A program made the position numbers and the translations under genes. A DNA stretch of 64,000 nt, from contig CATNEN010000001.1 in NCBI GenBank assembly GCA_950097015.1, forward strand, positions 17,050,001-17,114,000, in the 5' to 3' direction. This DNA is from Macrostomum hystrix. Lineage: Eukaryota; Animalia; Platyhelminthes. This document shows, piece by piece, positions 32,940 through 45,100 of this stretch; position 1 is the first letter of the stretch; every line of letters begins with the position of its first letter. The notes below the pieces were generated by a model. The model was not told the DNA's origin and ran no database searches. It saw only the letters and a program-made list of their open reading frames with translations.

Positions 32940-35900
32940 TTATAAGATTTCATTGTGCCTTACACAGCCCTCCATACTGTGAGAACTATCACTGATGCCT
33001 GGGCACATTGGTGATAGCTCCATTTGATTGGCTGAAGCTTTCGGATTAGCAGCAGCAGCAGCAGCAGGTTCTCCTCGTTCAGAAGGCCAATCCGTGGTAA
33101 ATTTACACTTCGAAACGCATTCAGAAAGACAGCGGCAGCAGCAGCAGCAGCCGCACAGAAGGCGGTTCCACAGTCGGGCCAGCACGGCACCGTAGCCGCT
33201 GCTGAAGTCCCTGTTCGACAGTCCGTACACCAAGAAGTTCAGGGTCGAGTTGGAATGTGCCAGCAGCATGGCGTAGGCGTGCAGCTGAATTGGCAGCTTG
33301 TCCTCGTGATCCACCACCACCACAATGGTGAACGGCGCCCAGGTGACGAGCAGCACGGCGAACACCAGGAACAAAGTTCTGGCCAGTCGGAATGACGTCA
33401 CAGCTTGGTGCTGCCTCAGAGCGCTGCTGCAAGCGACGGCCTTCGCCAGCCGCTGTCGGGAGCTGCGGAAGTGGGCGAAGATCCTGGCGTAGCAGACAGC
33501 GATCGCCGCACTGGGCAACGCCACGCCAACCAGAGCGAAGAAGAAGGTGTACGACCTGGAGGCCGTGCGGTCCCACAGGCAGGCGAGGTTCTTGACGGCG
33601 TAGCCGTGGCCTCCCCAGCCGAGAAAGTTCGGCATCTCCATGAGGAAGCTGAGCAGCCAGATAAGGCAGCACATCGCCAAGGTGGACCGGCGACTGAAGA
33701 TCGACTGGTACACGGAGCTGTGGCAGATGTGAATGTACCGGTTGATGGCGATGGCAGCGATGCTCAACAGTGAGCAGTAACAGGACACCAGACACACCGA
33801 GGCTACGAACAGACACAGGCCTCTGCGCTCTATGAAGTACACCTCGCCATGCACAATGCCTGCGGGTATCGGGTGGCAGGTTGAGAGAAGTCTTGTTGAA
33901 GGGGAAGTGGAAGGAAATGATTCCCTCAGTTTGTGAATGATTTCCTCAGTTTGTGAATGATTCCCTCAGTTTGTGAATGATTTCCTCAGTTTGTGAATGA
34001 TTTCCTCAGTTTGTGAATGATTCCTATAGATTGTGAATGATTCCCTCAGTTTGTGAATGATTCCCTCAGTTTGTGAATGATTCCCTCAGTTTGTGAATGA
34101 TTTCCTCAGTTTGTGAATGATTCCTATAGATTGTGAATGATTCCCTCAGTTTGTGAATGATTCCTATAGATTGTGAATGATTCCCTCAGTTTGTGAATGA
34201 TTTCCTCAGTTTGTGAATGATTCCTATAGATTGTGAATGATTCCCTCAGTTTGTGAATGGTTTCCTCAGTTTGTGAATGATTCCCTCAGTTTGTGAATGA
34301 TTCCCTCAGTTTGTGAATGATTCCCTCAGTTTGTGAATGATTCCTATAGATTGTGAATGATTTCCTCAGTTTGTGAATGATTCCCTCAATTTGTGAATGA
34401 TTTCCTCAGTTTGTGAATGATTCCCTCAGTTTGTGAATGATTCCCTCAGTTTGTGAATGATTCCCTCAGTTTGTGAATGATTCCCTCAGTTTGTGAATGA
34501 TTCCCTCAGTTTGTGAATGATTCCCTCAGTTTGTGAATGATTCCCTCAGTTTGTGAATGATTCCCTCAGTTTGTGAATGATTTCCTCAGTTTGTGAATGA
34601 TTTCCTCAGTTTGTGAATGATTCCCTCAGTTTGTGAATGATTCCCTCAGTTTGTGAATGATTCCCTCAGTTTGTGAATGATTCCCTCAGTTTGTGAATGA
34701 TTCCCTCAGTTTGTGAATGATTCCCTCAGTTTGTGAATGATTCCCTCAGTTTGTGAATGATTCCCTCAGTTTGTGAATGATTCCCTCAGTTTGTGAATGA
34801 TTCCCTCAGTTTGTGAATGATTCCCTCAGTTTGTGAATGATTTCCTCAGTTTGTGAATGATTCCCTCAGTTTGTGAATGATTTCCTCAGTTTGTGAATGA
34901 TACCCTTAGTTTGTGAATGATTCCCTCAGTTTGTGAATGATTCCCTCAGTTTGTGAATGATTCCCTCAGTTTGTGAATGATTCCCTCAGTTTGTGAATGA
35001 TTCCCTCAGTTTGTGAATGATTCCCTCAGTTTGTGAATGATTCCCTCAGTTTGTGAATGATTCCCTCAGTTTGTGAATGATTTCCTCAGTTTGTGAATGA
35101 TTTCCTCAGTTTGTGAATGATTCCCTCAGTTTGTGAATGATTCCCTCAGTTTGTGAATGATTCCCTCAGTTTGTGAATGATTCCCTCAGTTTGTGAATGA
35201 TTCCCTCAGTTTGTGAATGATTCCCTCAGTTTGTGAATGATTCCCTCAGTTTGTGAATGATTTCCTCAGTTTGTGAATGATTCCCTCAGTTTGTGAATGA
35301 TTTCCTCAGTTTGTGAATGATTCCCTCAGTTTGTGAATGATTTCCTCAGTTTGTGAATGATACCCTTAGTTTGTGAATGATTCCCTCAGTTTGTGAATGA
35401 TTTCCTCAGTTTGTGATATTATGTAGTACAGCATATATTCTTTAAGCAGCTCTAGTTGCTAAGTAACTCCTGAAGGTCGCAGTTGTCAAGCGCAAGTGGC
35501 CAGCTGGTTTACTGATGGGAAAATATTTTAAGGGCCGTGTCTTGAGTTCGCCCGGAAGCGACCCAAGCGAACTCGACAGACTCTAGCTCGGAGCTGTACT
35601 GAAAAAGTACTGAAAAACGGTTTCAAGCTGGATAGAGTACACATAAGGTACAAATGCACAACTCACTCACCTATGATACCGAATGGATCAATAACCAATG
35701 TGATGCACAGGTCTGCCAGTGCCAAATTTACAATCAGATAATTGCCAATCTGCTGCAGTGACTGAAATTATTTGTTAAATAAAGTTTTAGTAGCAACAGC
35801 CGATAATTACTCTGCCTTATCATCATAATCCATCTCACCTTTTTCAACAAGACAGTTAAAATCACCAGTACATTGCCGAGAGTGCCAAATAGTGTGCTCA

Positions 35901-36078
35901 AAGACAAGATTACCAATCCGGGGTAAGTGACCTCTGTGACAGTGAGATGAGCAGGTAAATAATTATAATTTACCTTTGAATCACTAAGCTACCAAAAAAA
36001 AGTATTTTTACCTGGCAAAATGTGTAGCAAACTGCTTGTTGTGATATTGTACGGAACAGACAAGCCAGCAATATCCAT
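32940..36078 (-). CDS. Melatonin-receptor-like class A GPCR, copy 1. Exons 36078-36012, 35933-35839, 35761-35671, 33859-32940
   Basis: GTLGNVLVI (TM1), NLALADL (TM2), IAINRYIHICH (NRY motif typical of melatonin receptors), TWAP (TM6), NSTLNFLVYGLSN (TM7). Exon sizes 67/95/91 equal those of copy 2. Confidence 0.85.
33916..35416 (-). repeat. Same 20-bp minisatellite in inverted orientation, about 75 units
   Basis: TTCCCTCAGTTTGTGAATGA is the reverse complement of the 31761 unit. Confidence 0.95.
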
Positions 36079-36456
36079 GAAATCTATTTTTCCCTCTTCA
36101 GATGCAGAATTATTCTTTTTCTGGGATTTTTTGTTCAGCAGTGTCACAATGAGAATCTACGCTCGTATGCTTATTATAGCCAGCAACTGGATAGCAACCA
36201 CATGCCATTGGCCCTGCCGGTCGACAGTTGCTGAGGCCAGAGAATCCGGACAGAAGGATAGGGACAAGGGGAGCTTTATCCCATTGGTTCGCTGGCTATG
36301 AAGATATTATGGCAAAGCTTTTAACGGTTTTAATTTTGACAAAAGTTGAGCTGGAATTAAAGGACACTGGATACTGGGAAATCCCAATACCACTTAGATT
36401 GGGGTGAGACACGATATAAAATAATGAAAATCTATAAATCTATTCGCTTTTCTGTC

Positions 36457-36720
36457 AATCTCATCTCTCCCAATCTCATCTCTCCCAATCTCATCTCTCC
36501 CAATCTCATCTCTCCCAATCTCATCTCTCCCAATCTCATCTCTCCCAATCTCATCTCTCCCAATCTCATCTCTCCCAATCTCATCTCTCCCAATCTCATC
36601 TCTCCCAATCTCATATCTCCTAAGTCCGAATCTCATTTCTCCCTGTTGTACGAGTAATCTCATGTCTCCCAATCTCATCTCTCCCAATCTGATCTCTATT
36701 AATCTCATGTCTCCAAATGT
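36457..36720 (+). repeat. 15-bp minisatellite (AATCTCATCTCTCCC)
   Basis: Visible tandem units. Confidence 0.9.
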
Positions 36721-36809
36721 CCTCATTTTCACAGAATAATCACAGAAAAGAGAAAAATCTGGTTTATAAGTGATTGTAATTTGGGAGATTACTCATCTTT
36801 CATATGAGT

Positions 36810-36998
36810 AGGTTTCATCAGTCTTTGCCATAGACAGGTAAGTATAATCGGTCTTTGCCATGGACAAGTGAGTGTTTTTATCAGTCTTTGCCATAGACAA
36901 GTGAGTGTCATCAGTCTTTGCCATAGACAGGTAAGTATAATCGGTCTTTGCCATAGACAGGTAAGTATAATCGGTCTTTGCCATGGACAAGTGGGTGT
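36810..36998. repeat. 30-bp minisatellite (GTCTTTGCCATAGACAGGTAAGTATAATCG)
   Basis: About six tandem units. Confidence 0.85.
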
Positions 36999-37444
36999 CA
37001 CGAGTCTGCCCTACTAGCTACTGCCATTATTTTACCTATCCTAACGGACTGATGAACCGAGTACCCAAATTAGCAAAGATTAGCGATCTGGTTCATTCTG
37101 ATAATCCGGTTGCTTAGGCAGTAATCAGTGAAGTCTTGCGCGTGATGGGAAATATCTGATGATGAGTACAATGATATGCTGTCTGCTCCAGTGCATTAAT
37201 TTTTTCCACTGTTCTTCTCTAATTCCGTGTTCGATTATCTGCCTTGTATTAATCTGTTACACGAGTCTATTTGTTCCTGTGAAAGGAATTTTCACTGCCG
37301 TAAAAATTTCAACATTCGCAATGTAATTATTTCTTAAAGTTTTCTGTCTGTGCACTGATTTATATTAAACTTCTAATTTTAATGATTAGTCTGTGATACT
37401 TTTTCTCCAAACTATATAATAAATTCCTAGTCTTACCTTCCGTA

Positions 37445-37945
37445 CATCTGTCACTCTGTCTATCTGTCACTCTGTCTATCTGTCACTCTGTCTACCTGTC
37501 ACTCTGTCTACCTGTAAATCTGTCTATCTGTCACTCTGTCTATCTGACACTCTGTCTACCTGTCACCCTGTCTATCTGTCACTCTGTCTATCTGTCACTC
37601 TGTCTACCTGTCACTCTGTCTACCTGTCACTCTGTCTACCTGTCACTCTGTCTATCTGTCACTCTGTCTACCTGTCACTCTGTCTACCTGTCAATCTGTC
37701 TATCTGTCACTCTGTCTACCTGTCACTCTGTCTATCTGTCACTCTGTCTATCTGTCACTCTGTCTATCTGTCACTCTGTCTACCTGTCACTCTGTCTATC
37801 TGTCACTCTGTCTATCTGTTACCCTGTCTATCTATCACTCTGTCTACCTGTCCCTCTGTCTACCTGTCACTCTGTCTACCTGTCACTCTGTCTATCTGTC
37901 ACTCTGTCTACCTGTCACTCTGTCTATCTGTCACTCTGTCTATCT
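37445..37945. repeat. 16-bp minisatellite (CTGTCACTCTGTCTAT)
   Basis: Visible tandem units. Confidence 0.9.
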
Positions 37946-38244
37946 TTCATCCCACTCATCCAACTTAGAGAAAATCCAAATTTATCTGTCGCTCATCAAA
38001 TCACGATATATCACTTCATGCTCAAACTCAGATTGTCAAACATGAGTCTGCTCAGATTACGTGAGAAGCCACAATTCCTTGCCACTTTTTCTGTACTGCA
38101 ATTCCTGTCGTAGAAAGTCTGATTGTAGAAAGGTGATGGAACCCCCACTTCATTAGCTGCAGAATCAGATAGAACAAATTTCAACTGTTCTACATTTAAT
38201 GTGCAGTCTCCTATCTACTGCAAAAAAATGTGCTTTTTGAAGAG

Positions 38245-39090
38245 AGTGACTAATTCTGAGAGAGACCAATTCTGAGAGTGACCAATTCTGAGAGTGACCA
38301 ATTCTGAGAGTGACCAATTCTGAGAGTGACCAATTCTGAGAGAGACCAATTCAAAGAGTGACCAATTCAGAGTGTGACTAATTCCGAGTGACCAATTCGG
38401 AAAGTGACCAATTCAGAGAGTGACCAATTCAGAGAGTGACCAATTCAGAGAGTGACCAATTCAGAGTGACCAATTCAGAGTGACCAATTCATAGTGTTAC
38501 CATTACCAATTCAGAGTGTGATCAATTCAGAGAGTGGCCAATTCAAAGAGTGACCAATTCAGAGTGTGACTAATTCCGAGTGACCAATTCAGAAAGTGAC
38601 CAATGCCGAGAGGGACCAATTCAGAGAGTGACCAATTCAGATTGACCAATTCAGAGTGACCAATTCAGAGTGTTACCAATTCGGAGAGTAACTGATTCGG
38701 AGTGTGATCAATTCGGAGAGCTACCCATTCAGATGACCAATTCAAAGAGTGACCAATTCGGAGAGTGACCAATTCAGAGAGTGACCAATTCAGAGAGTGA
38801 CCAATTCAGAGAGTGGCCAATTAAGAGAGTCACCAATTCAGAGAGTGACCAATTCCGAGTGATCAATTCAGAGAGTGACCAATTCCGAGTGACCAATTCA
38901 TAAAGTGACCAATTCAGAGGGTGACCAATTCAGAGGTTGACCAATTCAGAGAGTGACCAATTCCGAGTGATCAATTCAGAGAGTGACCAATTCTAAGTGA
39001 CCAATTCAGAAAGTGACCAATTCAGAGGGTGACCAATTCAGAGGGTGACCAATTCAGAGGTTGACCAATTCGGAGAGTGACCAATTCGGC
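38245..39090. repeat. Degenerate 16-bp minisatellite (GAGAGTGACCAATTCA)
   Basis: Visible tandem units. Confidence 0.9.
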
Positions 39091-39259
39091 TTAATGATAA
39101 CGATTCTCGAATTGGCTTAAAACAATATTTTTCTCGAAGATTCATAAAAAATTCATGTCGCTACCTGCAGAATCTTTGGTTAGCTGCACTTATTTCTCTG
39201 AGAAAATGGTGATTTTGAAACCATGAATTATATTAGTCTCAACTGCTTCCAACTGTCAC

Positions 39260-40830
39260 CTCTCTTACATCGTCTCTCACAATCTCATCTCCCATAAATA
39301 TATTTTCTCCAATCCCATCTTTCTCAATCTCATCTCTCCCATTCTCACCTCTCTCAATCTTATCGCTCTCAATCCCATCTATCTCAATCTCATCTTTCCC
39401 AATCTTATCTCTCTCAATCTTATCTCTCTCAATCTCATCTCTCCCAATCTTATCTCTCTCAATCTTATCTCTCTTAATCTTATCTCTCTCAATCTTATCT
39501 CTCTCAATCTTATCTCTCAATCTTATCTTTCTCAATCTCATCTATCTCAATCTCATCTTTCCCAATCTTATCTCTCTCAATCTTATCTTTCTCAATCCTA
39601 TCTCTCTCAATCTTATCTCTCTTAATCTTATCTCTCTCAATCTTACCTCTCTCAATCTTATCTCTCTCAATCTTACCTCTCTCAATCATATCTCTCTCAA
39701 TCTTATCTCTCTCAATCTTATCTTTCTCAATCTTATTTCTCTCAATCTTATCTTTCTCAATCTTATCTCTCTCAATCTTATCTCTCTCAATCTTATCTCT
39801 CTTAATCATATCTCTCTCAATCTTATCTCTCTCAATCTTATCTCTCTCAATCTTATCTCTCTCAATCTTACCTCTCTCAATCATATCTCTCTCAATCTTA
39901 TCTCTCTTAATCTTATCTTTCTCAATCTTATCTCTCTCAATCTTATCTTTCTCAATCATATCTCTCTCAATCTTATCTCTCTCAATCTTATCTCTCTCAA
40001 TCTTATCTCTCTCAATCTTACCTCTCTCAATCATATCTCTCTCAATCTTACCTCTCTCAATCATATCTCTCTCAATCTTACCTCTCTCAATCTTATCTCT
40101 CTCAATCATATCTCCCTCAATCTTATCTCTCTCAATCTTATCTCTCTCAATCTTACCTCTCTCAATCATATCTCTCTCAATCTTACCTCTCTCAATCATA
40201 TCTCTCTCAATCTTACCTCTCTCAATCTTATCTCTCTCAATCATATCTCCCTCAATCTTATCTCTCTCAATCATATCTCTCTCAATCTTATCTTTCTCAA
40301 TCTTATCTCTCTCAATCCTACCTCTCTCAATCTTATCTCTCTCAATCTCATCTTTCCCAATCTTATCTCTCTCAATCTTATCTCTCTCAATCTTACCTCT
40401 CTCAATCATATCTCTCTCAATCTTATCTCTCTTAATCTTATCTTTCTCAATCTTATCTCTCTCAATCTTATCTTTCTCAATCATATCTCTCTCAATCTTA
40501 TCTCTCTCAATCTTATCTCTCTCAATCTTATCTCTCTCAATCTTATCTCTCTCAATCTTATCTTTCTCAATCTTATCTCTCTCAATCTTATCTCTCTCAA
40601 TCTCACCTCTCTCAATCTTATCGCTCTCAATCTTATCTCTCTCAATCTTATCTCTCTCAATCTTATCTCTCTCAATCTTATCTCTCTCAATCTTATCTCT
40701 CTCAATCTTATCTTTCTCAATCATATCTCTCTCAATCGTATCTCTCTCAATCTTATCTCTCTCAATCTTATCTTTCTCAATCTTATCTCTCTCAATCTTA
40801 TCTCTCCCAATCTTATCTTTCCAAATCTCA
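39260..40830 (+). repeat. 15-bp minisatellite (AATCTTATCTCTCTC)
   Basis: Tandem units related to the 36457 unit. Confidence 0.92.
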
Positions 40831-41306
40831 TTGCTTCCTTATACGTCTTTATCAGACACTTTTTAAAAATTTCCGTGAGCAATAGACTAAGGAATAATCC
40901 TTTCAGCGTTAATACATCAGTGATTTTCGCTATTGAGAGTGTGCTCAAAGATTTCTGAGTCACCTGGTACTCTGCTCTGTCATTAGCTATAATTGCCTGA
41001 CCCACCTGCATGCTTAATTGCTCAAGCAAAGCTGCCTAGAAGCAGCAAAAAGTCAAATTTGGGTAGTCAGTTGCATGTCGTTAAATGCTAACTATTTATT
41101 TCTGCTCCTTTAAGCTTCATCTTGAGATCAAATTGCGTTCTCCAACGCTCTATCTCGAAATCCGCTGTCTTTGCTCAGTTGAGTCTACAGCTCATATTGA
41201 GGAAAATGCTTTGATATTTTCCGTTCACTTGTCCATTGTGCTTCAAAGTTGCTTCGAGCATGCACCCTGATACGATTGATCTGTTCAAAAGATTTATTAT
41301 CATGCG

Positions 41307-41960
41307 ATTGCTTCTTCAGGTGAGGGGTCATTGCTTCTTCAGGTGAGGGGTCATTGCTTCTTCAGGTGAGGGGTCGTTGCTTCTTCAGGTGAGGGGTCAT
41401 TGCTTCTTCAGGTGAGGGGTCGTTGCTTCTTCAGGTGAGGGGTCATTGCTTCTTCAGGTGAGGGGTCGTTGCTTCTTCAGGTGAGGGGTCATTGCTTCTT
41501 CAGGTGAGGGGTCATTGCTTCTTCAGGTGAGGGGTCATTGCTTCTTCAGGTGAGGGGTCATTGCTTCTTCAGGTGAGGGGTCATTGCTTCTTCAGGTGAG
41601 GGGTCATTGCTTCTTCAGGTGAGAGGTCATTGCTTCTTCAGGTGAGAGGTCATTGCTTCTTCAGGTGAGGGGTCATTGCTTCTTCAGGTGAGAGGTCATT
41701 GCTTCTTCAGGTGAGAGATCATTGCTTCTTCAGGTGAGGGGTCATTGCTTCTTCAGGTGAGAGGTCATTGCTTCTTCAGGTGAGAGATCATTGCTTCTTC
41801 AGGTGAGGGGTCATTGCTTCTTCAGGTGAGAGGTCATTGCTTCTTCAGGTGAGAGATCATTGCTTCTTCAGGTGAGAGATCATTGCTTCTTCAGGTGAGG
41901 GGTCATTGCTTCCTCAGGTTAGAGGTCATTGCTTTTTCAGTGAGTGGTCATGGGTCATTC
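41307..41960. repeat. 23-bp minisatellite (TTGCTTCTTCAGGTGAGGGGTCA)
   Basis: Tandem units that grade at the 3' end into the GAGTGGTCATGG motif of the 555-1130 array. Confidence 0.9.
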
Positions 41961-42198
41961 AGTGAGACTTTATGGCTCATTTAAGTGAGAAGTCATGGCT
42001 CGATTCTCAAGTACAATATATTATATAGCATATAATGACATGAGCTCATTAAAATAGTCTCAAACTAAACATCACAATGAAGTTACAAATCTCTTGCACT
42101 ATTAATTAAGCTCGTAATAGTTCATATATTCGTATATTCGTTCATAATTAGCAAGTTTCGCATTAAAAGAGTTCCTGGGAACGGGATGCTGAAGTGTG

Positions 42199-45100
42199 TC
42201 AGCTCAAGTCTCGGAGTTCCTCCTGGCTATTCAACGGCTCCGACTCCAGCGGAGTCATACAGGCGTCCAACATTCTCTGTGAGCACATTGAGTAGGCCTC
42301 AACATCTTCCATTGAAGCTGCTGCAGCTTTGGCGGCTCCGGCGGCTTCGGCGACAGCCAACGCCGCGCCATCCGTGTGCCAGTCGCTGGTGAGGTGCCAG
42401 CTGCGGGCTCCGTTGGCCAGACAACGGCAGCAGCAGCAGCAGCCGCACAGAAGGCGGTTCCACAGTCGGGCCAGCACGGCACCGTAGCCGCTGCTGAAGT
42501 CCCTGTTCGACAGTCCGTACACCAAGAAGTTCAGGGTCGAGTTGGAATGTGCCAGCAGCATGGCGTAGGCGTGCAGCTGAATTGGCAGCTTGTCCTCGTG
42601 ATCCACCACCACGACAATGGTGAACGGCGCCCAGGTGACGAGCAGCACGGCGAACACCAGGAACAAAGTTCTGGCCAGTCGGAATGACGTCACAGCTTGG
42701 TGCTGCCTCAGAGCGCTGCTGCAAGCGACGGCCTTCGCCAGCCGCTGTCGGGAGCTGCGGAAGTGGGCGAAGATCCTGGCGTAGCAGACAGCGATCGCCG
42801 CACTGGGCAACGCCACGCCAACCAGAGCGAAGAAGAAGGTGTACGACCTGGAGGCCGTGCGGTCCCACAGGCAGGCGAGGTTCTTGACGGCGTAGCCGTG
42901 GCCTCCCCAGCCGAGAAAGTTCGGCATCTCCATGAGGAAGCTGAGCAGCCAGATGAGACAGCACATCGCCAAGGTGGACCGGCGACTGAAGATCGACTGG
43001 TACACGGAGCTGTGGCAGATGTGAATGTACCGGTTGATGGCGATGGCAGCGATGCTCAAAAGTGAGCAGTAACAGGACACCAGACACACCGAGGCTACGA
43101 ACAGACACAGGCCTCTGCGCTCTATGAAGTACACCTCGCCGTGCACAATGCCTGCGGGTATCGGGTGGCAGGTTGAGAGAAGTCTTGTTGAAGGGGAAGG
43201 GAGTGAGTGGCAGAGCGGTTGACGCGTTTGCCTCTCGCCCCAAGGTCCCTGAGCTCGATTCCACGGCGAGGCCACATTAAATTGGGGCGCAGCCGCGGAG
43301 AGAAGGCTTGGGGGCCAACCTCCAAGGCACTGTGAGAGTGTACACTGCCTGACGATGAGAAAGTCAGGGCAGATGTACACACCTGTGTGAGCGTATGCCT
43401 GCATACGGTCTCTATGTGAGTGTGTGCTCAGGAGTCAGCGAAATGGGCAGAATTGCCTCCTCGCTGGCTGCGGGTCTAGTGTCACCAAATGGTGTGCCAT
43501 TGCCCGCAGCCCTCCTGCAATTATTGATATTACTTGTGTGATTTTTTGGCAATGTTCACCACTGCTTGGCAATGACCAACCAGCAATGCACAGTGTGTTT
43601 CTGTTTCATCAACGGTGTCTTCTCGCTTGCTTTGGGTCGACTATAAATATGATTTTGAATGTGGCACCGATTTCCCAAATATTTGGCTCAATCAAGACCT
43701 TTCGCCCCCCTACTGTCTGGCTCTAGCTTACCCTGGCATGTCATTTTTTTCCTAATAATTTTGCTCCAGTTTTCGATAATTGCACTGAGCCTGTTGGAGT
43801 CCTGCAGCAAGTTGGTACCGAAAAGTGCATTGAGCATGGACTCATCAACTATAGTGTAGCTGTGTAGCATATTTTTATGGGTTTACGAATTCTGGGAGCT
43901 AAAAGTACAAACAGTAGGCTCGGGATTAGTTTTTTGAGCCCAACTCAACTTAGCTTGGGTCATTAGTGCTTGCAAAAAAAAGTAATTTCATCTTTCATCA
44001 TTTTTGTCTTTTGTTTTTGCAAGGCTATTGTCTGGGATCATCTTGTTAAAAAAACAAAGATAATATTTGCTAACAGAGACTTGTTTAAAATGGTCATTAG
44101 CGCTAACAAAGGTGCAAAAACTGATTGGAAATGATCGTGCTTTCAGCGAAGGTAACTGCAAGACTCGTTGCAATGAGAGAGATGGGATTGGGAAAGATGA
44201 GATTGGGAGAGATGAGATTGATAGAGATGAGATTGGGAGAGATGAGATTGGGAGAGATGAGATTGGGAGAGATGAGATTGGGAGAGATGAGATTCGGTGA
44301 GATGAGATTGGGAGAGCGGAGACTGAGAAAGATGGAATTTGAAGGTCCTAATTCTGTGTAATAAGAACGCTGTCTGATTCTCTATGAAGGGGAGCAGTAA
44401 TTTGAGTCTTGCGTCGATCAGAACTCAATAGAAGAATTTTGTCCTATGTTTAGTTCGCCAGTCACAGTTGCAATCTGGTTCTGTCATCTGAGCCAAATCT
44501 TAAGCGAAAATTTTTTTTTTAACTTAATGAAATATGAACCCAGACAGACGAAATATGTCATTTATTGAAAGGACACATTGTTTTTAGCTAGATTTTTGTC
44601 TCCTAAATCTACACAAACGTTTAGAGTTTATTTGCCAAATCAGTCGAACAGAGAAGATTAAGTTTGTTCCAAGCGGCTGTGCACTTTTATCTAACACAAA
44701 GCTACTGCATCTCGATGGCATTCACTGATTGTAAACAGAGCTCGACTTTCGAGCATGCCGTGTTTGAGGCTTTGAAAGTGGCTTAATTAGGTGCAGAGAG
44801 TGAAGGCCAATTAGATTAAATTGGATTATATTGCCCATATCTGCACCTGCAAACTGAAGTAAGATAATTTGCCTTTAAAATATTTACGCATAAAATTTCA
44901 GTGAATTGTCACTGCAGCCCCCCCAAATGTCTATGGCCTGTTGTTTGCTTGAGTGGATTGTCACTCCAGCTCCCCCCAAATGTCTATGGCCTGTTGTTTG
45001 CTTGAGTGGATTGTCACTCCAGCTCCCCCAAATGTCTATGGCCTGTTGTTTGCTTGAGTGGATTGTCACTCCAGCCCCCCCAAATGTCTATGGCCTGTTG

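Noticed and set aside
39510-40724. Long repeat ORFs (DKIER here; also SIYL, SQSV, SNSTRS, GNPKFFDFL, MSGH elsewhere)
   Set aside because: Translations of stop-free tandem repeats in introns or intergenic DNA.
43349-43366. Hammerhead core CTGACGA..GAAA in the SINE
   Set aside because: Only 3 nt separate the motifs, so there is no stem II, no stem III/UH site forms, and copy B does not conserve the motif.
42199-43404. Single-exon 401-aa GPCR as given by the ORF track
   Set aside because: Its N-terminal ~84 aa come from intron and antisense SINE sequence; the real TM1-2 exons lie at 48655-49451.
43436-43512. HDV-like ribozyme in SINE family 1 (GCCTCCTCGCTGGC resembles the HDV P3/L3 region; GCGAAATGGG resembles J4/2-P2)
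   Set aside because: The elements are in the wrong order, there is no P1.1 GG or downstream P2 partner, and the pairing is explained by an ordinary 3' stem-loop. An RNArobo search or in vitro cleavage assay would settle it.
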